64,000 nt of DNA from Syntrophales bacterium (GTDB lineage Bacteria; Desulfobacterota; Syntrophia; Syntrophales; UBA2210), in NCBI GenBank assembly GCA_963666365.2, contig CAXXNF010000001.1:288001-352000 (forward strand). Direction: 5' to 3'. Numbering within the stretch: the stretch's first letter is position 1; each line of letters begins with the position of its first letter. Positions 28,969-38,921 of this stretch are shown in pieces. Position numbers and translations under genes: made by a program. The notes under the pieces were generated by a model, which saw only the letters and a list, made by a program, of their open reading frames with translations, had not been told where the DNA came from and did not search any database.

Positions 28969-30657
28969 ATGCATACCAATGAAAAAATATGGCATAACAA
29001 TTATGACCCCTTTGTTCCTGCAGCAATCAATATACCTAAACTGACTATTGTCGATTACCTGCACATGGCGGCAACCCTCACGCCTGACAAATCGTTCATC
29101 GATTTCTATGGAACGGGATTTTCTTTTCATCGAGTGCGCCGGCAGGCGTTTCAGATGGCCAACATCCTCATCACGCTGGGGGTGCACAAGGGTGATCGCG
29201 TCGCCTTCCATCTGCCAAACTCACCTCAGTATGTTATTGCATACTATGGTGCACTTATGGCGGGCGCGATAGTCGTAAACCTTAATCCCATGTATACTTC
29301 TCGGGAATTAGGTCATGCAATTGAAATGACCGGCGTAAAAGTTCTTTTTACCGCCGACATCCTCTTGTCGATTGTACGCGAAGTTACACAAAATGTTGCC
29401 ATCGATGCTGTTATCGTGACCCGGCTTACCGATTTCGTGGATGGCTTTCCGGTAAGCACCTCAAAGGAACTGGATCTGGAAGAAGGATGGCTTCACTATT
29501 CCGAACTTTTGGAGACACACACGCAGGCAACGCGTCCACGGGTAGATTTACATCCTAATGACCCGGCGGTGATCGTGTTTACGGGCGGCACAACAGGAAT
29601 TCCCAAAGGGGCGGTCTTGACCCATGCAAATTATGCGGCATCAAATACCGCAAACGATGCCTGGCTTGAAGCATTGTATCGCAAACTCGATTTCACCCAG
29701 CCTTGGCGTATTCTGACAATCCTGCCTTTGTTCCATATATTCGCTCAAATCGCCTGTATAAACAGCGCAACGCGAAGCTCAGCCACAATGGTTATACTTC
29801 CTCGATTCGAAATAGAAGAAGTGATGGGTATGTTTGAGAAATACGAACACTTTACTTCATTTCCGGCCGTCCCTTCAATGCTGACCGCGATTTTCAATCA
29901 CCCTAAAGCAGCGTCGATCGGGTTGGATAAAAAGATCAAATTTATCACGTCGGGAGGGGCGCCTGCGCCGACGCAATTGATTGAACAAATCAAAGACATG
30001 GGCGTGGTGTTTACCGAGGGATGGTCCATGACGGAAACCTGTTCAATCGGTGCCTGCAATCCTTTGCTGGGAGTAAAGAAAGTCGGCAGTATCGGAATGC
30101 CCATGACCAATATCGATATTCGCCTCGTGGATGTTGATGACGGAAAGGAAGATGTGCCCCGGGGAACACCCGGCGAATTGATCATAAAAGGACCTAACGT
30201 GTTTTCGGGATACTACAATAATCCCGAGGAAACCGCCGCCGCCATGCAGGACGGGTGGCTGCACAGCGGGGACATCGCCACTATGGATGATGATGGGTAC
30301 CTGTATATTGTAGACCGGAAAAAGGATATGATTATTGCAGGCGGATACAACATTTACCCCACTGAAATAGACGAAGTGCTTCACCAGCACCCCAAAATCC
30401 TGGAAGCGGCAAGTGTAGGGGTTCCTCATGAATACAGAGGGGAAACCGTAAAAGCGTTTGTTGTACTCAGACAAAATGAATCGGCGACGGAAGAAGAGAT
30501 CCTCGCATTTTGCAAAGAGCGGCTTGCCCCCTATAAGGCGCCTAAAATGGTTGAATTTCGAGACGAACTACCAAAAACGGCAATCGGAAAGACACTCAGG
30601 CGTCAATTACGAGAAGAAGAAATAAGACGAGTACAAGAGAAAAAAAACATTAAGTAA
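28969..30657 (+). CDS. Long-chain fatty acid--CoA ligase
   Basis: FTGGTTGIPKG P-loop, EGWSMTET, GWLHSGD, DRKKDMII, LPKTAIGK. Confidence 0.94.
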   Translation: MHTNEKIWHNNYDPFVPAAINIPKLTIVDYLHMAATLTPDKSFIDFYGTGFSFHRVRRQAFQMANILITLGVHKGDRVAFHLPNSPQYVIAYYGALMAGAIVVNLNPMYTSRELGHAIEMTGVKVLFTADILLSIVREVTQNVAIDAVIVTRLTDFVDGFPVSTSKELDLEEGWLHYSELLETHTQATRPRVDLHPNDPAVIVFTGGTTGIPKGAVLTHANYAASNTANDAWLEALYRKLDFTQPWRILTILPLFHIFAQIACINSATRSSATMVILPRFEIEEVMGMFEKYEHFTSFPAVPSMLTAIFNHPKAASIGLDKKIKFITSGGAPAPTQLIEQIKDMGVVFTEGWSMTETCSIGACNPLLGVKKVGSIGMPMTNIDIRLVDVDDGKEDVPRGTPGELIIKGPNVFSGYYNNPEETAAAMQDGWLHSGDIATMDDDGYLYIVDRKKDMIIAGGYNIYPTEIDEVLHQHPKILEAASVGVPHEYRGETVKAFVVLRQNESATEEEILAFCKERLAPYKAPKMVEFRDELPKTAIGKTLRRQLREEEIRRVQEKKNIK

Positions 30658-30899
30658 TGGCGCCCCCCTACATGGCCAGAGTCGGCGCCTTTCAGCCGGT
30701 GGAACATGCCATAGAGATCGCGCGCGACATGAAACCCGCACTTACATGTCTGGTCGTGGTGCGGAATCCCAGAGAACAATGTTCGGAAGCATGTCTGAAA
30801 AAGGCCCAACGCAGCTGTCAGGAATTGGGAGTCGATCTTGTTACAGTTGTGGGAATATTCCTTTGTCTTTTCTTGGCGCATATTACGGTACAGCATTAA
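30657..30899 (+). pseudogene. Remnant of an ABC substrate-binding protein (ABC_sub_bind-like)
   Basis: PPYMARVGAFQPVEHAIEIARDMKPALTCLVVVRNPREQCSEACLKKAQRSCQELGVDL resembles an internal segment of this family; no signal peptide and the rest is missing. Confidence 0.5.
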
Positions 30900-31043
30900 G
30901 AGCCGAAGGAAATAATCCTCATACGGTCAGGGCTTAGGGGATAAACAACTAGATTCTGGTGGTGATACATCTCGCCCTGGTGAACGGGCTGGTGGCGCTT
31001 ACCGGTTCGCTTGTAGCCCAGTACGGCTGATGCGTAGAAAAGG

Positions 31044-31071
31044 TTGACAGTACCTTCAAGTTGTGTATAGT
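31044..31071 (+). promoter_or_regulatory. Sigma70-type promoter upstream of the AtoE-family transporter
   Basis: TTGACA (31044-31049), 16-nt spacer ending TGTG, TATAGT (31066-31071). Confidence 0.55.
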
Positions 31072-31448
31072 GGGTCTTGAATTTTTCATCTGTAAAAAAA
31101 GCTTGTTCTGATCATTGCGTATAATGGACAGAGCGCTTATTTTGCTGCCTCTTTCCTTTTAATAGTTACTACTTTTCTTTGCGTTGTAGCGAATTTCAAA
31201 CTGTTTCGAATGATGAGTCTTCGTAGCACGGCTGTTGCACCTTACGTATCTGTGTGCGATGTGCTGCGCAACGAGTCCTTAATTGTAATACCATACAACA
31301 ATGAAAGGAGGTGTGTCCTAAGTCCGTTTTTATCCGTGTGTTGAAAGAATGAACTTCCGGGAATGGCGTTGGTGGAGGGGATAGGCCGTTTCGATCATGT
31401 TAAATCAAGTTTTTTGAACGCACATAACTCAACCAGGGGGGGATAAAA

Positions 31449-32849
31449 ATGTTAAAGACCACTGGCAAATTTTTTGCCGATAAGTTCAGACGATTACTGC
31501 CGGATTCATTTCTATTTGCCATATTGCTGACCTTCATCGCCGCAATACTGGCGCTGCTTTTCGTTAACGCAAAACCTTTCGGAATTGTGCAGGCATGGTA
31601 TAAGGGTTTCTGGAGTCTGCTGGCCTTCGCCATGCAGATGGTGCTGATCCTGGTAACCGGTTACGCCCTTGCCATATCGCCGCCCATCTCGAAATTTCTT
31701 GACTGGCTGGGCACCAAAGTGAAGTCCCCCGTTGCTGTATATGCAACGGTCGGGATTGCCGGGTGTATATTCGCCCTTATAAGCTGGGGATGGGTCGTCC
31801 TGACGGCAGTACTGGCGCGGGAGCTTGCCAAGCGGGTGGCGAAAGTCGATTACCGCCTCCTCTGCGGCTGCGTGTACGCTTCAATTCTGACATGGCACGG
31901 CGGTCTTTCCGGTTCCGTTCCGCTGCTGCTGAATACACCGAACAATTTTCTTATTAAGGCCGGCGTTCTCTCTTCCACAATACCGACATCGATCACACTT
32001 TTAAGCCCGATGAATATTGTCTGCAGTATAGTGTTGATCTTCCTGGTGCCCGCCGTCTTTGTCATGATGAGGCCCACCGAAGAGAATGTGGTCGAGTATA
32101 GTGATATGGTTGACGAATCGCTCAAAGGGGTAACGCCGGTCAGCGTGGCTGAAGAGGCGGAATCCCTGAAACTGCCCGACAAGAATCTGTCCGACCTGCT
32201 CAATCACAGCCTTCTCATCCAGATAATTATTTCACTCATGGGGCTCTGGTATATCGTGTGGCACTTTGCCACCAAGGGCTTCAGCCTGGACCTGAACATC
32301 ATGAACTTTACCTTCATCATACTCGGAATGATCTGCCACAAAACCCCCTTCCGCTATATCATCGCCATGAAGCGGGCCTGCAGCAATGTATCGGGCATTG
32401 TCCTCCAGTTCCCCTTCTATGCCGGCATTATGGGGATCATGATCCATACCGGTCTCGGAAAGGCTATTGCCGTATGGATCGCAAGCGCCGCGTCTGTCGG
32501 CACCTATCCCTTCATCTGTTTTATCGCCGCCGGTATCGTGAATATTTTCGTTCCCTCCGGTGGTGGTGAATGGGCGGTTGTCGGGCCGACCATCGTCGAG
32601 GCTGCCAGGACCCTGGGGGCATCGATGGCTCCTGATCAGCTTACGGCATACATCGCACGGTGCAGTATGGCCGTGGCCTATGGCGACGAATGGACAAATA
32701 TGATACAGCCCTTCTGGACGCTGGCGTTTTTCCCGATTGTCGCTGCCGGCACTAAGCTGCAGGCACGCGATATTATGGGCTATACCTTTGTTGCCATGGT
32801 TGCGTCGTTTTTCGTGTATGCAATATGCGTCACATGGCTGCCGGTGTGA
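31449..32849 (+). CDS. atoE: Short-chain fatty acid transporter, AtoE family
   Basis: LPDSFLFAILLT, LLAFAMQM, WHGGLSGS, QFPFYAGIMG, NIFVPSGGGEW, AYGDEWTNMIQPFW. Confidence 0.9.
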   Translation: MLKTTGKFFADKFRRLLPDSFLFAILLTFIAAILALLFVNAKPFGIVQAWYKGFWSLLAFAMQMVLILVTGYALAISPPISKFLDWLGTKVKSPVAVYATVGIAGCIFALISWGWVVLTAVLARELAKRVAKVDYRLLCGCVYASILTWHGGLSGSVPLLLNTPNNFLIKAGVLSSTIPTSITLLSPMNIVCSIVLIFLVPAVFVMMRPTEENVVEYSDMVDESLKGVTPVSVAEEAESLKLPDKNLSDLLNHSLLIQIIISLMGLWYIVWHFATKGFSLDLNIMNFTFIILGMICHKTPFRYIIAMKRACSNVSGIVLQFPFYAGIMGIMIHTGLGKAIAVWIASAASVGTYPFICFIAAGIVNIFVPSGGGEWAVVGPTIVEAARTLGASMAPDQLTAYIARCSMAVAYGDEWTNMIQPFWTLAFFPIVAAGTKLQARDIMGYTFVAMVASFFVYAICVTWLPV

Positions 32850-32989
32850 CGCACTTACCTGTAGTCACTACACAGTGCGGCGTCCGCCTTGCGCGGGCGC
32901 CGTATTCCTGATATGTTCCGTCGCGGAGCGTACAATATTTATAATGTCATGTTACCGCACTACTACGACGAAAGGAGTTTCCATACATC

Positions 32990-33916
32990 ATGAAAAGTAA
33001 AGTTATAATCACCGCAGCGCTGACGGGAAGCATTCATACGCCGACCATGTCCCCCTACGTGCCGCTCTCTCCGCAGCAGATTGCCGATGAAGCGGTCAGA
33101 TGCTGTGAAGCAGGGGCGGCGGTATGCCACATCCATGCGCGCGACCCCGAGACCGGCATCCCCGTTTCCAAAATGGAGTTTTATGAGGAAATGGTGACCA
33201 ACATAAAAAGCAGATGCGACATCGCCATCTGCATTACGACTGGCGGCGGGCTGGGAATGACCACGGAACAGCGCGTTGAACCGGTAAGCCGGTTCAAACC
33301 GGAACTGGCATCTTTCAATGCGGGCTCTATCAATTTTGCCCTCTTCCATGTGCTTGATCGGATGAAAGACTTTAAATTCGAATGGGAACCTCATTACCTG
33401 GGCATGAGTGAAGATCTGATCTTTCCTAATACCTTCAAATCCATGAGGGAATTCAGTTACATATTCAGTGAAAACAACACGAAGCCCGAATTTGAATGTT
33501 ACGATTCCGCCATGATCAATAACGTGGCCTTTATGATCAAGCGGGGATATCCCATCAAGCAGCCCGTCTACATTCAATTTGTCATGGGAGTGTTGGGAGG
33601 CATCACCCCGGAACCCCAGAACCTGATATTCCTGGTTGACTATGCCAAGCGTCTCCTCGGTGAGTTCGAATTTTCCGTGTGTTCAGCAGGCCGCGATCAG
33701 TTCGCCATGTGCACCCAGTCATTGCTTCTCGGCGGCAATGTCCGCGTGGGGCTGGAAGACAACCTGTACCTCGAACGGGGCGTTCTGGCGAAGAGCAGCG
33801 CCGAGCAGGTAGAAAAGATCGCCCGGATCATCAGAGAGCTGGGCGCGGAACCGGCCACACCGAACGAAGCGCGCGAGATTCTCTCCCTGAAAGGACTGGA
33901 GGCCGTGAATTTTTAA
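32990..33916 (+). CDS. 3-keto-5-aminohexanoate cleavage enzyme family (BKACE)
   Basis: VIITAALTG, Zn-binding HIHARDP, TTGGG, KPEFECYD, NVRVGLEDN. Confidence 0.93.
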   Translation: MKSKVIITAALTGSIHTPTMSPYVPLSPQQIADEAVRCCEAGAAVCHIHARDPETGIPVSKMEFYEEMVTNIKSRCDIAICITTGGGLGMTTEQRVEPVSRFKPELASFNAGSINFALFHVLDRMKDFKFEWEPHYLGMSEDLIFPNTFKSMREFSYIFSENNTKPEFECYDSAMINNVAFMIKRGYPIKQPVYIQFVMGVLGGITPEPQNLIFLVDYAKRLLGEFEFSVCSAGRDQFAMCTQSLLLGGNVRVGLEDNLYLERGVLAKSSAEQVEKIARIIRELGAEPATPNEAREILSLKGLEAVNF

Positions 33917-33935
33917 TGAATGACGGTCCATCGAA

Positions 33936-33962
33936 AAGGGGCCTGACGTGGGCAGGCCCCTT
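33936..33962. terminator. Hairpin terminator between convergent genes
   Basis: AAGGGGCCTG-N7-CAGGCCCCTT, with an A-run on the left and a T-rich stretch on the right. Confidence 0.7.
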
Positions 33963-33976
33963 GTGTTGTCTCAACA

Positions 33977-34927
33977 CTAGTCTCCATATATAAGTTTGAG
34001 AAGTTCCACCAGCCGCTCGTCCCGCCGGCGTACCATGTCTCTGAAGGACGCTTCCCCCATTTCCTTCATCACACCGTCGACCAGTTTTGCCTTCATGGAG
34101 TCATCGATGCAATCCCATGTGGCAAGCTCCTTCCAAATCATATGAAACGTCGTATTTCCAATGCCGTCAATAAAATGTCCGATACCTCCCGCTTCGCCTC
34201 CCCCGAGATGATAAATCAAATGTTGTCCCATAAAGGCCCACCTGATGCCGGGACCGGCGAAAAGCGCCTTATCCACATCCTCCACGGTTGCCACACCGTG
34301 TATCACCATATCGACCGCCTCCCGCCACAGCGCCGCGGCCAGCCGGTTTCCTATGTATCCCGGGACCACTTTGTTGACAAGACAGGGAACCTTTCGCAGA
34401 TCCTTCATCAGTGCCATCGTCCTGTCGATGGTCTCCTGGGACGTATGTTCCCCGGGCACCACCTCCACCAGGGGAATCAGATGCGGCGGATTCCAGGGAT
34501 GGGCGATAATGCATTTATCCTTATTTTTCAGATCTTTCTGGAGTTCAGTGGGGCTGAGACCTGATGAGCTGCTCGCCAGAATCGCCTCTGCCGGAGAGTA
34601 TGCATCCATTTTTTCGAAGAGCGGCTTCTTGATGTCGTAGGTATCCGCTACCGATTCAACGACAAAATCGGCATCCCGCACCGCTTCCTGCATCTCGTCG
34701 GCCATGCTGATTCTTTCCAGAGACAATCTTTTGACATCATCCGACAGCAATCCCTTCGACGTCAAAAATTCGAGATTTGACTGAATCGTTTCAAAGCCCC
34801 GCGTTCTCGTCTCCGCTTTTCTGGAATAGGCACTGACACTGTATCCCTTTGCCGCAAACAGCGTCACCCACCCGGCGCCGATGACACCTGTACCCAGCAC
34901 CGCGACTTTTTTGATCCCCTCTACCAT
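33977..34927 (-). CDS. 3-hydroxyacyl-CoA dehydrogenase family protein (carnitine/gulonate dehydrogenase-like)
   Basis: VAVLGTGVIGAGW, LASSSSG, HPWNPPHLIPLVE, PGYIGNRL, GPGIRWAFMG; ATG at 34927 after AGGGAGGG. Confidence 0.9.
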   Translation of the reverse strand: MVEGIKKVAVLGTGVIGAGWVTLFAAKGYSVSAYSRKAETRTRGFETIQSNLEFLTSKGLLSDDVKRLSLERISMADEMQEAVRDADFVVESVADTYDIKKPLFEKMDAYSPAEAILASSSSGLSPTELQKDLKNKDKCIIAHPWNPPHLIPLVEVVPGEHTSQETIDRTMALMKDLRKVPCLVNKVVPGYIGNRLAAALWREAVDMVIHGVATVEDVDKALFAGPGIRWAFMGQHLIYHLGGGEAGGIGHFIDGIGNTTFHMIWKELATWDCIDDSMKAKLVDGVMKEMGEASFRDMVRRRDERLVELLKLIYGD

Positions 34928-35018
34928 CGTTTCCCTCCCTTCTCGGTTTGTGAGTGAACCCTCATTCTTTACACGAATACAATCCACTGCGCACCCGGCC
35001 AACCAGACTTCCGTCGTA

Positions 35019-36713
35019 TTATTCGCGATCGGCAATCTTTCCCCAGGAATCGCGAAGGGCGGCAACTCTGTTGAATACCGGGCGCTCCGGTCGAAAATCC
35101 TTCGAATCGGCACAGAAATAGCCGAGTCGTTCAAACTGAAAGGCCTTCCCCGGCGCCGTCTCCTTCAAACTCGGTTCCAGTCGACAAGACGTCAGGATCT
35201 CCAGAGACTCGGGATTGAGATAGTCGGTAAATTGCCCTTCCTCACCGGCAGGATCGGGTACACGAAACAACCGGTCGTAGATTCGGATTTCGGCGGGGAT
35301 TGCATGCATTGCCGACACCCAGTGGATAACCCCCTTCACCTTGCGCCCGTCCGGCGGCGGTCCGTTACGGGTTTCGGCATCATAGGTGCAGTGAAGCTCC
35401 ACCACCTCGCCCGTTGCTTCGTCCTTTACCATGCGCTCATACCGAATCACGTAGGCATTTCGAAGCCGCACCTCCCGGCCCGGCGCAAGCCGCTTGTATT
35501 TACCGGGAGGATTTTCCTGAAAATCGTCGCGCTCGATGTAGAGGACCCGTGCAAAAGGAACCGTGCGCGTCCCCAACTCCGGCTTTTGCGGATGATTGGC
35601 AAATTCGAACTCTTCCACCTGCCCTTCCGGGTAGTTGTCTATGACGACCCTGAGCGGCCTCAGAACCGCCATCGCCCTCGGCGCCCCTTCGTTCAAATCC
35701 TCACGAACGCAATGCTCAAGCACGGAGATGTCTACAAGGTTGTCCTTTTTTGCCACTCCGATGACGGCGCAGAAATTTCTAATCGATTCAGGTGTATAGC
35801 CCCGACGTCGCATACCGGCCACCGTGGGCATGCGGGGGTCGTCCCATCCTTTTACGTAACCGTTCTGCACCAGTGCGATGAGCATGCGCTTGCTGAGAAC
35901 GGTATAACTCAGATTAAGCCTGGCGAATTCGATCTGTTTCGGGCGGCCTGTCTCAATTAACTGTTCGACGATCCAGTCGTATAGGGGGCGATTGTTCTCA
36001 AACTCCAGGGTACATATCGAATGCGTGATGCCTTCAATGGCATCTGAAAGGCAGTGGGCGAAGTCGTACATGGGATAGATGACCCATTGCCCGCCCGTGC
36101 GGTAATGGGGTTCCCGTTTTATGCGGTAGATCACGGGATCCCTCATGACGATATTTGGCGAGTTCATATCGATCTTTGCCCGCACCACATGGGCGCCGTC
36201 CTTGAATTCACCGGCCCGCATGCGGGCAAAGAGGTCCAGGTTCTCTTCGACTGAACGGTTGCGGTAGGGGCTTTCCCTTCCCGGATCGGTGAATGTGCCT
36301 CTATACTCCCTGATCTCATCGGCATTCAGACTGCACACATAGGCCTTCCCCGCCGTGATGAGTTCACAGGCGAACCAGTAGAGCTTTTCGAAATAGTCCG
36401 AGGCATAATAGAGCCGGTTGCCCCAGTCGAATCCCAGCCAGTGAATGTCATCCATTATCGATTCCACGTATTCCAGGGACTCGCCCTGAGGGTCGGTATC
36501 GTCGAGTCTGAGATTGCAGGCGCCCCCATACTGGGCGGCGATTCCGAAATTGAGGCATACCGATTTTGCATGCCCTATGTGCAGGTAACCGTTCGGCTCC
36601 GGTGGAAAGCGCGTTGCAAGCCGACCTTCGCCTTTTTCCATTTTCAGATCTTCATCAATGATTTCTCTAATGAAATCGCTTGGAATCTTAGAATTTAGCT
36701 GTGTGCTATTCAT
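35019..36713 (-). CDS. glnS: Glutamine--tRNA ligase
   Basis: [45 protein letters not shown]; start 36713 after GAGGAG. Confidence 0.96.
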   Translation of the reverse strand: MNSTQLNSKIPSDFIREIIDEDLKMEKGEGRLATRFPPEPNGYLHIGHAKSVCLNFGIAAQYGGACNLRLDDTDPQGESLEYVESIMDDIHWLGFDWGNRLYYASDYFEKLYWFACELITAGKAYVCSLNADEIREYRGTFTDPGRESPYRNRSVEENLDLFARMRAGEFKDGAHVVRAKIDMNSPNIVMRDPVIYRIKREPHYRTGGQWVIYPMYDFAHCLSDAIEGITHSICTLEFENNRPLYDWIVEQLIETGRPKQIEFARLNLSYTVLSKRMLIALVQNGYVKGWDDPRMPTVAGMRRRGYTPESIRNFCAVIGVAKKDNLVDISVLEHCVREDLNEGAPRAMAVLRPLRVVIDNYPEGQVEEFEFANHPQKPELGTRTVPFARVLYIERDDFQENPPGKYKRLAPGREVRLRNAYVIRYERMVKDEATGEVVELHCTYDAETRNGPPPDGRKVKGVIHWVSAMHAIPAEIRIYDRLFRVPDPAGEEGQFTDYLNPESLEILTSCRLEPSLKETAPGKAFQFERLGYFCADSKDFRPERPVFNRVAALRDSWGKIADRE

Positions 36714-36767
36714 GTCGTAATGCTCCTCATGGGTCTCACTCCGAGAGCTTTGCCTGTGTCGTTTCTC

Positions 36768-36849
36768 CGTCATTCCGGGCACGTGAAGCGTGACCCGGAA
36801 TCCAGCAAGGATCTATAACTACTGGATGCCGGATCGAGCCAGGCATGAT
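36768..36849. repeat. REP-like composite palindrome
   Basis: CGTCATTCCGGG...CCCGGAATCCAG-spacer-CTGGATGCCGGATCGAGCCAGGCATGA; nested inverted repeats. Confidence 0.65.
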
Positions 36850-36974
36850 AATATTGAAGCTAATGGGGATTTTTCAAAGCTCTTCTCCACCAGAGGTCTT
36901 CCTCCGGGGGCTTCAATATATGGAAACCAAACCGTGATGTCAACAGAATAGCAGAACAACAGGGATATGATGAT

Positions 36975-38651
36975 TCATATACGCTCTATGGCAATGGACT
37001 GTGCACCGATACGATACTTCCCTGCCCCGGCCAACACCTGGCCGACAAACCGTTTGGGAATGTCTACATAGGTGCATCGATTCTGAATACTGATTTTGCC
37101 GATGGAACGGCCCGGTATTTTTGAGTTATGGGAAAGCGTATCCACTACTGCGCCGGCATGAATGCCGTCAGCTTTCCCCGATTTCAGGACAAGCCGAACC
37201 ATGCCCCTTTCATGGACGGCTTCTCTTCCGTCTCTCCTTTTGTACGCAGGTTCATCTTTTCCGGCACGGCCATTCTGCGTGTTTTGGAATTTGATTTTTT
37301 CGAACCGCTTGGTTTTCCGCGGTTTCAATTCCTCTACCGCGCCTATCGGCTCTATAGGACGTTGTGCATCACCGACGCGGGCCATTCTCATTGCGGCCGC
37401 AGCAATCTCCAGAGGATCATACCCTTCAATGGCCAGATCTGCTGCGATCTTCCTCTCCCTGCGGCAACGATCGCGCTTCAGCCAGACCTTCACCTTTTCC
37501 AGCAGTTGCGCTTCTCTCTGCCCTTCAATATCCGCTTCCGTAGGCAGGGTTGCACGGGTAATACGCTGGTTTATAAAGCCTTCCACCTTGCGCATAAACC
37601 ATACCTCTTTCGGGGTTGCCAGGGAAATGGCGATACCGGCTTTACCGGCCCGGGCCGTTCGTCCTGTACGATGGACGTACACTTCCGGATCATGGGGCAG
37701 ATCATAGTTTATGACATGCGAAATATCGTCAATATCCAAACCGCGGGCTGCCACGTCAGTGGCAACCAGAATTTTTATTTTGTTGTTCCGGAAGCGACCC
37801 AGCACCCCCTCACGGGCGTCCTGGCTCATATCGCCGTTGAGCGCATCCGACAAAAAGCCTCTCACCGTCAATTCATTGACCAGTTCTGCTGTGCCGATCC
37901 GCGTGCGGGCGAATACAAGTGCGCGGGTAATATCTTCCATCTCAAGAAGACGGCTGAGGGCAGCCACTTTGTCGTTTTCGTTGACCACATAGTGTCGCTG
38001 CTCCACCCCTTCCACGGTGGTGTGCGCCCGGCCGACCGCACAGGACTGAGGATTTTGAAGGTACCGGTCGGCAAGACGGCGGATTCCCGCAGGCATCGTG
38101 GCGGAAAAAAGGGCCGTCTGTCGCGTGGGCGGGGTCTTATCGAGAATTGTTGCGATATCTTCAATGAACCCCATACTGAGCATTTCGTCGGCTTCATCCA
38201 GCACGACAGTGGAAACGCCGCCAAGATCGAGCGCCCCTTTCTGTATCAAATCAATGAGGCGGCCGGGGGTTCCCACGACAATATGCACACCTTTCCTGAG
38301 ACCTTTCAGCTGAGAAGTGTAGTCGCGACCGCCATAGACCGGCAATACTCGAACACCTCGATGTCGGCCGTAGCGAGTAGTCGCTTCCGCCACCTGAAGG
38401 GCCAGTTCCCTTGTGGGGGTGATGACAAGGCCTTGCACATGCATCCTCTCTGTGGAAAGGGCATGCAGCATCGGCAGCGAAAATGCCGCCGTTTTGCCGG
38501 TTCCTGTCTGAGACTGGCCGATTACATCATGACCGGCAATCATGGCGGGAATAACAGCGGATTGTATAGGGGTCGGAATCCGGTAGTCCAAATCGACAAG
38601 GGCCTGCACCAGTTGGGAATGCAGGTTAAATTTTAAAAATGTTTCTGTCAT
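36975..38651 (-). CDS. DEAD-box RNA helicase (DeaD/CsdA-like, DbpA-type C-terminal RNA-binding domain)
   Basis: Q motif PTPIQ, GTGKT, PTRELA, GTPGR, DEAD, SAT, ARGLD, HRTGRTAR. Confidence 0.95.
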   Translation of the reverse strand: MTETFLKFNLHSQLVQALVDLDYRIPTPIQSAVIPAMIAGHDVIGQSQTGTGKTAAFSLPMLHALSTERMHVQGLVITPTRELALQVAEATTRYGRHRGVRVLPVYGGRDYTSQLKGLRKGVHIVVGTPGRLIDLIQKGALDLGGVSTVVLDEADEMLSMGFIEDIATILDKTPPTRQTALFSATMPAGIRRLADRYLQNPQSCAVGRAHTTVEGVEQRHYVVNENDKVAALSRLLEMEDITRALVFARTRIGTAELVNELTVRGFLSDALNGDMSQDAREGVLGRFRNNKIKILVATDVAARGLDIDDISHVINYDLPHDPEVYVHRTGRTARAGKAGIAISLATPKEVWFMRKVEGFINQRITRATLPTEADIEGQREAQLLEKVKVWLKRDRCRRERKIAADLAIEGYDPLEIAAAAMRMARVGDAQRPIEPIGAVEELKPRKTKRFEKIKFQNTQNGRAGKDEPAYKRRDGREAVHERGMVRLVLKSGKADGIHAGAVVDTLSHNSKIPGRSIGKISIQNRCTYVDIPKRFVGQVLAGAGKYRIGAQSIAIERI

Positions 38652-38755
38652 GATAGCTATGCTCCTGCACGCGTCGTTATGAATCCTCTGCGTCACATAT
38701 CCTTTTGCATGCCAAGAGCCGATGTGCGCCCTATGGGCACACATCCTTTATTGCA

Positions 38756-38786
38756 ACAAAAAGGCCCGACCGCTGCAGGGCCGGGC
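38756..38786 (-). terminator. Terminator-like hairpin upstream of the helicase gene
   Basis: Minus strand GCCCGGCC-N7-GGTCGGGC followed by CTTTTTGTT. Confidence 0.6.
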
Positions 38787-38921
38787 AATTATATGGGTTG
38801 TTCGTAAGAAGATTATACCGCGTTCTGTTTTTTATCTCTCTTGCGGCGGTACCTATACCACAGTTTCAGATTAATATTCCAATAATTATTTTGAAAAAAG
38901 ACCACACAGACCACACGCTTC

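Noticed and set aside
34881..35960. 359-aa plus-strand ORF
   Set aside because: Antisense to glnS.
37128..38636. 502-aa plus-strand ORF
   Set aside because: Antisense shadow of the DEAD-box helicase.
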